Below are positions 9,900 through 20,535 of a stretch of DNA of 64,000 nt, one piece after another. The notes under the pieces were generated by a model that made no database searches, had not been told where the DNA came from, and saw nothing but the letters and a program-made list of their open reading frames with translations. The DNA is taken from NCBI GenBank assembly GCA_002811645.1, contig PDIP01000043.1, positions 1 to 64,000 of the forward strand, given 5' to 3'. The DNA comes from Corallochytrium limacisporum Hawaii. Taxonomy: Eukaryota; Protista; Pluriformea. Position numbers and translations under genes: made by a program. How positions within the stretch are numbered: the first letter of the stretch is position 1; every line of letters begins with the position of its first letter.

Positions 9900-12800
9900 C
9901 CTCCCCACCCCTTCCTCCTCTCTTCCCCGGCGGTTTTATTCCACTCATCTTTCCCTCTTTCAGATCGATTATAGCAAATGAATATCGTCGCCACCGAATC
10001 CCATGTCAACCACCCGGGACATTTGGATGCAAGCAAGTGCCGAAGCGGTGAAGGCGTTTGCTCCCGGCGGAGAGGAAATCTCGCATGTTGGCTGATCGAC
10101 CATTTATGAGTATCATACTTCCCATGTTTGGAAAGATGTTGTTGCCACTTCCATTCAGACTCTTCCTGTGTGTTGCTGAAACTGACACACCTCCCAAAGC
10201 TGTGGATCGACAATGACAGCCAGAATCGCTTGCGGTCGACCGTCTTCCTTACGCTCTCCGTCAGGGGCCACTCTCGCTACCTCTCGGGTGCCGTACATAC
10301 ATTATGGATCCGGGAGTCTATTTCATGATCATCTTGTGGACTCCAGCCAAACTAGGTACGTGGTACCATCGTGCCCACCATGGGACTAGATCCGGGAGGT
10401 GGAGCTCTGTACCCCCACCGGAATGTCCTGCGAAGTCGGATCATCTCTGACATTATTTTACACTTCCGACTCGCAAAGCCAATTCCCATGCCTTGCAAAA
10501 GAGGGCTACATTACAACGATCGCAAATCTGCAGCGGCAAGAGGGCCAAGAGCACTACTCTGTAGAATACCATTAAAAAACCATACCAGCTCCATGCCGAA
10601 GGAATTGTTGACCAATCTACCCAGTCCTCACTCACGTCTGTCAGTGGTCCTACAGGTTTGTTGTAACACGTGTTCCGAAATCGATGTGGAATCGAATTGA
10701 AGTGAGTGTCTTTTCCAAATCTTGTCTCTTCAAAAAGGAAGAATGGAGATAGAGCGCACACGATTCCACCTTACACCCTTCCGTATAGAGTGATCAAAGT
10801 TGGTCGCTGTACAGCATTGAGTAGTGGGTCTCTGTGCGAACCTCAATTCGCTCACCGCCATCCTACGGAAAATTGCGCGGGGTACAACATGCGAACTGGG
10901 ATGTCTGGGACTTGTTTGTGCGCAACAGAAATTCAGGGATGGAAATGCTGAGGAATTTGAATATCAGCATACGAAGGACCGCGCCTATTTCTACATCAAT
11001 AAGAGATCTCGGCATCCACGATTTCGACTAGGAACTCCGTTTCGCACTTTGCTGGTCACAGCGCAACAATAAAAAACCACGGGCAGAGTCGTGCATCAAA
11101 GGGCGCGATTGAACGAGCAGAGGCGCGGGAACAAGTTTCTTTGTTCACCGACGGCTCAGTGTACCTTCAGATCGCGCAGAAACGCGGAGTGAGCCCGTGA
11201 GAATCGGTTGATTTGCGCGCGCCCGGCAAAAGGGCAAGGTGACCGTTGGCCGTTTACACTGTGCGTGTGCGTGTGTGTGTGTGTCTGAATGTGTTGGTAT
11301 CGACGCGAGGAACAAGCAATAGTTATCCAGAAAACTTGCAAACAGCTGGGCAGAAACCCTAAGCGCCCCGCCCCGGATCACGAAGACATGTGCCGGACGT
11401 AGAACCGGAGATCTAGGGCCGTTACAAGGTGCCATCCTGAAAGCGGCTAACCCCACTGACACAAGCGCTGGTCAGGTAGATCCCCTATGCCCCGTGCAGG
11501 CCCATTGGTCGGCTGGGCGAACGGTAAAGGGCACGTGCATCATTTCTGCGGCTACTAATGTTGTTAGGCTGGGCAGAAGTGCCTTCACAGATGAAGATAT
11601 AGTTACGTCGTGGGTGGTCCAATGGGTTTGGGCAGGTCTTGGCTGGCGCCGCTCGCTGCTTGACTTGCATACTTCAAGGCATCAATGTTTTTGGGTGTGA
11701 CACAATTGAACAGATCAGATCAAAGGGGGCCGCGCATCCCCTGGTGGACTGACTGCATTGAAACTGTCAGACCATGCTCAGTATTCAGTTTAAACTATAT
11801 TTAGTTTGTGCCCCGAACTTCTAACTAAAAATCGATGCCTCTGCTTCAGAGACTGAGAATAAATTACGAGGACTTGAATTGAGAAACCTTTGGCTACTCA
11901 CTGGGCATGCTAAAACCTGTTGGTGCTCTCCGGAGGAGCGGGCGCAACTTGAGTGTCTTCTTTGAGGCACCTGTACTATCGGCTGCATCACTCAATAACC
12001 GGTTAATACTGACGCCGCAGCAAGTTGCAGCCGTTGATATCATGGCCAGCTGAGAGTGCACTCTGCAGACCCAAGAAATGAACTGCGGTGATACTCATTT
12101 CAGGTTTCGTTTCGCTTGGTGCGCAGGTATCAGCAGCGCTATCGCACAGCGGATTTCTCTGAGGACGGAGTGGACGGGAAACGAGCAGTAGGTCGTGGGT
12201 TACCGACCACAGCCCTCCATCCTTCAACGAGCATAGCGAATGGGAATACACGATGATGTACTCCAAGGTTTAACCACAGCATTGGCAAACAGATCTCTCG
12301 TTAGAGTAGCCAACTTTCCATGTCGGGATTCGGTGTCAGTCAACGGCAGCATGGGGGATATGTCCGCTACCAAGCATCATATCAAGTATCAACAGCCTCA
12401 GGAAATGTTTTATCGAAACGCGACCCGTTAAGGCCGGCTTTCTTAGAAGGTGACATAGGTTGAGAAGATTGGGTGCTGCAGAAGGGGTCGACATTCCCAT
12501 CAACCAGCGCAATACCTCTCACTACAGAGTCTAGCAAACGAAGAAAACCATAGTAAGCAGCAGCAACTGCGCGCCTATGAAGTCGGGGCGTATCGGGAGA
12601 CAAACTCATTACTAGCTCTCGTGCCACACAACCTTTTCGATGCCACCCTGTGCTAGTGACATTCTCTCACACATGAGGCACTCGTTGGAATTCCTCTAAT
12701 TGTTTGTTTGCGTTTCTGCTTTAATTTCTAATGCGGTTTCCACTCTTATGTAGCATATTATGTACCTGTTGGTGACGAAGAATACGAATTCCAGGCTCTC

Positions 12801-12925
12801 TCCCGCACACAGAATCATACTCGGCAGCGCAGCCCCTCTCGTGTCTGAATTCAGGCTGGATCGGTCCAAGCCAATCTCATTACTAACTCTTGACCTTTGG
12901 ACCCAGTTCCATGAAATTCATCCCT

Positions 12926-12948
12926 CCCCCCCCCGGGGGGGGGGGGGG
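12926..12948. repeat. C9G14 homopolymer palindrome (recurrent intergenic element)
   Basis: Direct reading; similar copies lie in other upstream spacers. Confidence 0.9.
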
Positions 12949-13489
12949 AGTGGAGAAAACTTCAAACCTTGGTGGCTGCGGCTAGACAAATTCTTTACAC
13001 CTCTCCGACCCCTGACTTATTTTCGTGTTTCACTTATATTCCCTCTATTTTTTCCCGTGGCATATTTTATCCCTTTATCTTGGTGGTTACTCTGCGCAAC
13101 TATATCTTCCCGCTGCGCGCAGCGCGCGTGTCTCCCTGGGCCGGAGGGAAGGAGGAGGGGGTCGGTTGCGTACAAATGCGACGAAGCGAGGAGCTGGCGG
13201 GCGCGAATGGGGGCAGGTCACTGTTTCCTGGAGGAAGGCATGAAGACATTGTGGCAGGAAGCTGGCACACGTGGATGCAAATTGTGTGTGGATGTATGCA
13301 TCTGGAGCAAAGGTACTGAAGACTAGCCGGTCTGGTTGCCGTCGCATGCCGCACAGCGAAGTAGCTACCGTTGCACCACATCGCGACCCACGGCCCTGTA
13401 AACTAGTTCACCGCGAAGCTACCCCTTATGGGAACAGTGTAACTTACGAACAGCAATTAGGAGAGGAATCCAAATTAACATCGTACACT

Positions 13490-14404
13490 ATGTCGGCACG
13501 CAAGGGAGCTGGTAGCCCTCTACGATCCAATGCCCCAGAGGCAATCACGGAGAACTTTGAGACAGTTCCAGCAAACATCAGTCATCCCATCGTACCCATC
13601 TGGCAGAGGCCCCTGCAGGCCTACTGGGCTATCTGCTTGGGTATCGGATTCGTTCTGTCTGCCTTCCTTAGTTCCATTCCTCAGTACGTTCCCTTTGTGC
13701 CCCAAAGGCGACGCAATGAGATTAGCACCGGAATCATTGGTTGGGTCTGGTACGTTTTCCTCGTGCTTTCGACACCCTGGCTGAAGATCCAGCAGGTCGG
13801 TCAGGGTTTCCGGGACTTGCCTCCCGGTGCATACGGCATTGCAAACCATAGCAGCAGGAGCGATGCTCTGATCTGGGCTTCCATATGTCCCACTGACATC
13901 CTCTCCAACACCCGCACTCTCATGAAGGCGTCTCTCTTCAATGTCCCGGCCTTCGGCACTCTTTGCAGGAACATCGGCCATTTCCCGGTGTATTTCCTGA
14001 AGGATTCGGAAGGATCTTTCACGGTTGATCGCGTCAAACAAGCCAAGGTCATGGCCGATGTTAAAGAACATATCGCACTGGGCGGACGCCTGACATTCTT
14101 CCCGGAGGGACAGCTGAACCCTAAACCGCGCCAGTTACAGACATTCCGCCGGGGCAGTTTCAACGTGGCCATTGAGAATAAGATGCCCGTGTGGGGCTAC
14201 GCTATCGTCAACTGCGAGAGCTTCTGGCCCCTTGACCAGACTGTCGGAGGGTTGCCGGCGACAGTCTATTACACGGCTTTCGAAGTTTGCTCGGACGCCA
14301 GCCAACACACTGTGGCGGAGCTCCTGACCATGGCGGAGACAAAGATGCAGCAGGCTGTCAATGAACTGTACGAGTATGTTGACGGGAAGAAGAAAATTGA
14401 ATGA
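13490..14404 (+). CDS. 1-acylglycerol-3-phosphate acyltransferase (PlsC/AGPAT family)
   Basis: NHSSRSD (HX4D) and FFPEG motifs, N-terminal TM segments, C-terminal KKKIE dilysine ER-retrieval signal. Start is uncertain because in-frame ATGs lie upstream. Confidence 0.85.
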   Translation: MSARKGAGSPLRSNAPEAITENFETVPANISHPIVPIWQRPLQAYWAICLGIGFVLSAFLSSIPQYVPFVPQRRRNEISTGIIGWVWYVFLVLSTPWLKIQQVGQGFRDLPPGAYGIANHSSRSDALIWASICPTDILSNTRTLMKASLFNVPAFGTLCRNIGHFPVYFLKDSEGSFTVDRVKQAKVMADVKEHIALGGRLTFFPEGQLNPKPRQLQTFRRGSFNVAIENKMPVWGYAIVNCESFWPLDQTVGGLPATVYYTAFEVCSDASQHTVAELLTMAETKMQQAVNELYEYVDGKKKIE

Positions 14405-14496
14405 GACACATCACCACATAAAACAAAACTCTAATTACATCGACACATAACATCACAGGTTCTTTCGGTATTCATTACATGGAAAATGACCCCCTC

Positions 14497-15402
14497 CTAC
14501 AGGACGGCATCGACCACCAGCAACTTGTTCACGGAAACCAATCGGTCCCCTTTGATACAGTTTTGATGGAAGTTCGCCCGGAAGTAGTCAATATAGTCGT
14601 TCAAGAATTCATCGCGGTAGTCGTCCGGCACCACACTGATCCAAGGCCACCAACCACTGACCAGTCGCGTTCGTAGCCCGTCATTGCCTTCGTGGTGTAC
14701 GAAGTGCTCTTCAATGGTACAATGTTCAATCTTTGAAAATCCAGCCTCCAGTAAGTACTTGTTCCAATCTTCGGCCGGATAGAAGTGGAACGGATTCTTG
14801 AAGTCTTTGAAGTACTTGGCCCACCTTTCGCTTGTAATAACGAGCTCAAAATTGGCAAGGAGTTCAGGCATACTGCCTTCTCCGTGGGCGAAAATGTTTA
14901 TCCGACCTCCCTTATTCAACACTCTTGCAAAGTTTTCGACAACGTGCTCATGGTTCGGGTGCCAGTGTAGGCAATTATACGAAGTTATCAGGTCAAACTT
15001 CTGGTCCAGAGTCGGGACGTCGTCCACTGCCAGTCTCTTGAACTCACAATTCGGAGCGGCGTACTTCTTCGATGCAAAGTCCACAAGCTCTGCGCTATGC
15101 TCGATGCCCAGGGTCTTCCCACCGTCTGCGCTGAGTGAGTCTGCTATCATCCGTGTCAACTCACCGTCCCCAGACCCGACATCGAGCACAGTCAGACTAC
15201 GGTTTGGGCTCACGTTCTCCAAGTATCCCAACCTCTCCATGAACCACGACCGTTGGGGCCCTTTGTCATAGTTATAATGATTTTCAGGTACATGCTCGAC
15301 ACTACGGAAAGTCACAGGGTTGGTGACGATTGTACGCACCCACTGCCGGGTGGGCTGCTGGTGCCACAGCTTCCGAAGGGTGAATGCCACTGCTCCTGCC
15401 AT
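14497..15402 (-). CDS. Class I SAM-dependent methyltransferase (Tam-like) with probable mitochondrial presequence
   Basis: Motif I VLDVGSGDG, FDLITSYNCLHW, RVLNKGG. The N-terminus MAGAVAFTLRKLWHQQPTRQWVRT is Arg-rich and acid-free. Confidence 0.85.
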   Translation of the reverse strand: MAGAVAFTLRKLWHQQPTRQWVRTIVTNPVTFRSVEHVPENHYNYDKGPQRSWFMERLGYLENVSPNRSLTVLDVGSGDGELTRMIADSLSADGGKTLGIEHSAELVDFASKKYAAPNCEFKRLAVDDVPTLDQKFDLITSYNCLHWHPNHEHVVENFARVLNKGGRINIFAHGEGSMPELLANFELVITSERWAKYFKDFKNPFHFYPAEDWNKYLLEAGFSKIEHCTIEEHFVHHEGNDGLRTRLVSGWWPWISVVPDDYRDEFLNDYIDYFRANFHQNCIKGDRLVSVNKLLVVDAVL

Positions 15403-16287
15403 TGATTTCCGTCCCAAAGAAGGTTCCACCCAATTCTAACTTACTTTGGATCCAAAGCTAGAGATCGCACTCTCATCCAGTGTACTGAGGATGACACATC
15501 CGTGACCATCTCGTATACCTACATAGCCATCTCTTTGGGGTGAATCGGCTGTAACGCTTCTCTCAAAGCTGCGCAATGGGGGCCCCAAGACCTCCCACCC
15601 GTTCTGCGGAGAATTCGAGAGTGAACGAGGGAGTTTTTAGTGGCCTCTCCGGATGACAGATGAGACCGTTGGGAAGGGGCAAAGGGAATATTAAGAATTG
15701 CCAATGAGCCGGATGCGCAAGCACAAATGTTGTTTTCCTACGAGTCCGTACGCACTTAAATTACCTCAGCCATCAAGACAGTGCAGGCTACCTTGCGAGC
15801 TCAAGAGTCGGGTTTGTTGCCTTTGGAGTACTACGTCCAACGTACGCGCATGGTACAGGCTTATGAAACTTTCTTGATATTTGCTGCTACCATCATCCAA
15901 GAGCATCCTGTAGAGGACGATCTCTACGAAACCTGTATCGATGGTATCCCATGGATGTGATAGGAACATGCATGTGCCGGCTGGTACAACCAATGTGGGT
16001 GTTGCAATGATTGGAAGTAGAAAAGTTAACGAGACCGTGATCCCCGACCGTTGATTTGCCCGTGATGGGCAGACTAAACTGCTCTGTGCGTATTTGCAAA
16101 AACGCCAACACATAGTATTTGTTAGTCAGCGGGACCGTAAACTAGTACAATATGTGCCATTGTAGGAGGTAATCTGAAACTGAACCACAGTGAGCTCACA
16201 CACTATTTAGGTCAGCAAGCTTTGTGCAGCAAGGACAGTTGGCACATCAGATTGCTGGGGTCCGGCTGATGTGTGACGCTGTATTGT

Positions 16288-16327
16288 AAGTGAGTAAGTG
16301 AGTGAGAGAATGAGTGAGTGAGTGAGT
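16288..16327. repeat. (GAGT)n-like microsatellite
   Basis: Imperfect tandem gagt/aagt units; another copy at about 61974-61998. Confidence 0.8.
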
Positions 16328-17340
16328 GTGCAGGCCGGCAGTCAGCATGTTCCCTTCGTCGTCGCCTTCGCGGGCGAAAGGATTAACCTCCCTTCCTCTC
16401 CATGCTCCCTCCCCGGCCCCCGGGAACTTTGTTTTTAGGTCTCGCCGTGCACTCGCGGACCCGGTAGTGAATGTACTACCAGTGCACTTCCTTCCTCACA
16501 GCTCTGTCCTCCCTGTGCGCCTACTGGACAGGCGACAGAATTGGTACAGGATTTTCATAGTAAATGTAAGGCTATCGGGGACCCCGAGGAGAGGAAACCC
16601 ACAAAAATATTTCCTCTTTCTTTCGACCAGAACGTGAGCACCTGCACCCGCCACCCGAGTCAGACTACTCCTGACACAGATCCGCATAAATATGAAATCG
16701 GTATATCAAAATATTAACAAAAGCTAATATATATAATTTATATGTATTACCTTATCACCTATTTAAAGATTCCGGATACAATATATTTGAAAATCGGTCT
16801 GGGGAGGGGTTGGGTTTGGTTGAGTAGAACGGACCACCGGCCCCCCCTCCCGGGGGGCGGGAAGGGAGTTAAGCGCGCACCATAGCGGGCGGACCCGACC
16901 TGCTTCCTATATGATACTCTTTTTGCCTTCGCTTCTCGCTTCGACTGCCGCGTATCCTATGCGAACGCCCCCCACTGTTATGGTCGTTTGGGTCTCACAG
17001 AGGAAGGAGGGGAGCGGCGAGGAGTGGGTTTCTCTTGCCTACTGCTGCATTGCCTCTGTGAACAACTTGGTACCTGGGGACGAACATTTGGTTTTTTGGG
17101 CTCTATTTTGCTATTTGAAAGGATCAAATGGCTTCCAGGTCATTTCTAAAACAAGGTAGAACTTACTTTGTGACCTTTTGGTGGAGAAATACACTTGTCC
17201 TTTGTGCCCCAAACAAGGTTCTCGTTGGAGCATCCGCAGACCAGGTCAAAGGCCGTAAAGGAGAAAACAACTGCGATTGTTTAGAACTTGTGAACATGTA
17301 GATTAGCGGGTTTTTATTGTGATAATAGACAGAAAATGTG

Positions 17341-18666
17341 ATGGTTGATACAACTAGAATGACGGAGGTAGACCGTGTGCAAAGCACGGTCGACCATCAC
17401 GCGGATGGCGCGACTACATCCTCGTCATGGTTGTTCAACCCATTCAGACCCGGGGCACTGTGGGGATCAGGAGAGAAAAGTAAACTCAGTCGTTACTTGC
17501 AGGAGATTGAGTGTGAAATTGGCAAGGACTTTGAAACATTAGAGAAAGAATACGAAGCGGAAGACAAGGCCTTAGCCGAGCGACTGCAGCTCTACAGTGA
17601 CTACGCACGGCACCTTGAGGAGGATTTGGAACGAGAATTTACCGAAGAAAAGGCTCTTCTCCAGCGACGGCTCCAGGAAGCAGACGCAGCATTGCGGGAA
17701 CGATTAAGTACACACCATCTGCAGAGCGATAAACACTCGCATTTGAACGTCAATTGGCGCGTACATGTTATTTCCGGTGCTGCAGCCGGTACCATCACTG
17801 CGATAGCGACGAGTCCATTGGACGTGGTCAAGACACGGCTACAGATTACAAATCATCCGTCCATTGCACAGGACGGCCAGCAGGGCATCAAGGTAGTAAA
17901 GACCTTGCGGGATATTCTAAAGAACGAAGGCATCCGAGGATGGTACCGCGGGCTGGGACCTACCCTTATGGGACTGCTACCGAACTGGGCTATATACTTC
18001 CCTGCCTATGAAGAGTACAAGGCATACACCCATGATATTACGGGACTGCCCATAAGTTCACCATTCGTACACATTACGGCAGCCATGGGAGCAGGCATCA
18101 CATGTGCGATTGCCACGAACCCTCTGTGGGTGGTGAAGACTAGGATGATGACCCAGCACGCGGCATCGGCGCATCAGTACGAGCATACTGCACACGCCTT
18201 TGCCACAATCTTACGCACGGAAGGCATAGCTGGTCTTTACCGTGGCCTGACACCATCACTATTGGGTGTCGGTCATGTGGCAATTCAGTTCCCGGCATAC
18301 GAGCAAATGAAAGAACTCCTGAGGGATCCAAGTCGACCGGAACCACAAGGGTTGACAAAAATTGACATTGTCATTGCGGCCGCGGTGAGTAAGGTCGTCG
18401 CCAGCACACTGTGGTACCCGCACGAGGTGGTGCGCACGCGCATGCAGAACCAGACAGAGACTCCTCTCAAGTACAAGAACCTGTTGCAAACGGCAAGATT
18501 GATTCTGCACGAGGAAGGATTCCAGGCATTTTACCGAGGCATGGGCACCAATCTGTTGCGTGTAACACCGGCTGGGGCTCTCACTTTCCTTTCATACGAG
18601 ACCTTCCGCGACTACCTCACAAATAACCCTATTCCGGGCGTGACAATACCAAAGCCACGCGGATGA
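17341..18666 (+). CDS. Mitochondrial carrier (SLC25; NAD+/folate/pyrimidine-nucleotide carrier-like) with an acidic coiled-coil N-terminal extension
   Basis: Three carrier signatures PLDVVKTRL, PLWVVKTRM, PHEVVRTRM; YRGLGPTLMGLLPNWAIYF is typical of Ndt1-like carriers. Confidence 0.9.
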   Translation: MVDTTRMTEVDRVQSTVDHHADGATTSSSWLFNPFRPGALWGSGEKSKLSRYLQEIECEIGKDFETLEKEYEAEDKALAERLQLYSDYARHLEEDLEREFTEEKALLQRRLQEADAALRERLSTHHLQSDKHSHLNVNWRVHVISGAAAGTITAIATSPLDVVKTRLQITNHPSIAQDGQQGIKVVKTLRDILKNEGIRGWYRGLGPTLMGLLPNWAIYFPAYEEYKAYTHDITGLPISSPFVHITAAMGAGITCAIATNPLWVVKTRMMTQHAASAHQYEHTAHAFATILRTEGIAGLYRGLTPSLLGVGHVAIQFPAYEQMKELLRDPSRPEPQGLTKIDIVIAAAVSKVVASTLWYPHEVVRTRMQNQTETPLKYKNLLQTARLILHEEGFQAFYRGMGTNLLRVTPAGALTFLSYETFRDYLTNNPIPGVTIPKPRG

Positions 18667-18842
18667 GACGCAGACAAACATGTCACCACATCATGTAACA
18701 TAGCCATTTTCTACTTTTATTATGCCCTTAGCATCTTTTTTAATACACATCCATCGTCATCGAATGCATCGCTAGAATGTACTGTATGTGGAGGCCGTTC
18801 AGAGATGGGGAGTATTCTACAAACTTGACCACGCGCAATGTC

Positions 18843-19373
18843 TCAAACGTCGAGCTTGAGGTTAACAAGTGCAAATTTTACGTCCTTCTTGCCATGCAGC
18901 CCAGAATAGATTGTGACCTTGTGTACCGGACTTGACCCAGAATCCGTGACAGTCTGTGTACCGTATCCTTTGCCTTCCCAGACCTGAGTCTCAGTGTTCT
19001 TGCGGAAATGAGATTGCATGGTCTGCGTGCTGTGGGTGGCACACTTGCGCAAATTAGCCAGCTTCAGAGCCTGACGACGCAGCTCCCATTCGTTCCAGGC
19101 GTACTTTGGATTGATGAACTTTACAATAGGGTGTAGTTCGGTCTGGATGCTCTGGTCATTCTTGAAGATTGCAGCCGCAGCACCGAGAGCTCGGCTGTCG
19201 GTTGTGGAACCACTGACAGTCCCTTCTGAGCTAGCAAGAGAGGCAAACTGGACAGGGACAGCGCTCGTGCTCTTTACTCCGCCCTTGAGTTCGTCAAGAG
19301 CTTCCGCCAAGTTACTGATCAATGTTGCGCTGTGTTGTCGAGATTCAAATTGTCAGCGCAAGCACGAGTTCAT
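18843..19373 (-). CDS. Hypothetical protein, weak Roadblock/LAMTOR2-like; 2 exons (19373-19366, 19329-18843)
   Basis: ORF 18843-19322 lacks an ATG. A 36-nt GT-AG intron (19365-19330, branch-like GCTGAC) joins ATG 19373 in frame, giving MNSATLISNLAEALDEL. GGVKST...SSEGT..TDSRALGAAAAIF recalls LAMTOR2. Confidence 0.5.
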
Positions 19374-19615
19374 GTGGGGGGGGAGAAGACCAGGGAGCGG
19401 TAGGAAGCCAACGGCCTATCGAAATATGATGAAATACACGAATCCCTGATTTATCTCTTTTTTTTTTTGGGCGCGAGAGTATTAGGACGTGCACGCAGTC
19501 GCGACAATGATGGGTTTCACAGCGGAGGCTACTTCGGAAGGAGTTCTTCGGGGACACGTTCTGGTCTTGTGGGCATAGTTTGCACAGTTTTTTCTCTTTG
19601 GCATTTGTGGTAGTC

Positions 19616-20383
19616 ATGCCAATTGCAGACGAGAAATCAGCGCAGGCCGCTCTTCAGTTGCCGAGGAATGAGGCAGATTTCCTCGAACGGTGTACTAATG
19701 AGTATGAGCAATACTGTGCGCAGATCGAAAGACTGACGGGGTCACTGAAGAGACAAAAATTACGATTTGAAGACCAAGAGCAGTCTTTGACGGAATGGCT
19801 AGCTTCACTGGATATCAATCTTGATTCCTTCGACTACCCCACAAGAGAAAATGTTCAAGAGATATCTGCAGTGGCGACAGCGTTGAATGCAACGGACTGC
19901 ACGGAAGGGTCAATCCTGCCATTACTTAGTGAGCTTACAATCGCGGGTGACCAGGTGGAGGAACACAGCGCTGAGTTACGTTCACAGCAAAGAGATATTG
20001 TTACACGGATCGAAATGCTCAAGGATTTTGGACAGGTTGTGGAGGCCGTTGAATGTCAGGTGAAAGCAGATCTAACCGCTCGCAAGGCAGCCTTAGAGAA
20101 AGACGGACAGTGGACCTCGTTCCTTCGGACCAAAGAACAGGAGTACAAACGAAATGCCCAGCAGTACGAGTTACACGTTGATCAACAGCACGAGGATCTA
20201 GTCTCATCATACAAGGATCTGCAGAAAAAGAAGGCACTGGTTGCCTCCAAGGAGCAGAGCCTTGCGAAATACCGCGATCTGCCACCTGACCTCACAGCAG
20301 CACGTATTCAACTGCAGGATGCCAAACGAGAATTAGCAGAAATGGATAGAAGAATTGCATTGCATCTTAATGACTATCAATAG
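19616..20383 (+). CDS. HAUS1: Augmin/HAUS complex subunit 1
   Basis: Coiled-coil protein with FLRTKEQEY, HEDLV and the hallmark C-terminal KYRDLPPDLTAARIQLQDAKREL. Confidence 0.75.
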   Translation: MPIADEKSAQAALQLPRNEADFLERCTNEYEQYCAQIERLTGSLKRQKLRFEDQEQSLTEWLASLDINLDSFDYPTRENVQEISAVATALNATDCTEGSILPLLSELTIAGDQVEEHSAELRSQQRDIVTRIEMLKDFGQVVEAVECQVKADLTARKAALEKDGQWTSFLRTKEQEYKRNAQQYELHVDQQHEDLVSSYKDLQKKKALVASKEQSLAKYRDLPPDLTAARIQLQDAKRELAEMDRRIALHLNDYQ

Positions 20384-20535
20384 CACGAATAAGCGTAAAC
20401 GAAGACTTCTAGATATTCTGATATACATGAATTTCAGTAGCCAGCGGCATGGAATGAGAATCCTCAAGTTCTGTCTTAGCATGGCTCGTTTTCGGGAGTG
20501 TGATTTCCTCTTTTTCAAATCGGCGTTCCCTTCAG

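Noticed and set aside
9339-10213. Long ORFs spanning N runs (also 51864-52657 and 62409-63717)
   Set aside because: Artefacts of translating Ns.
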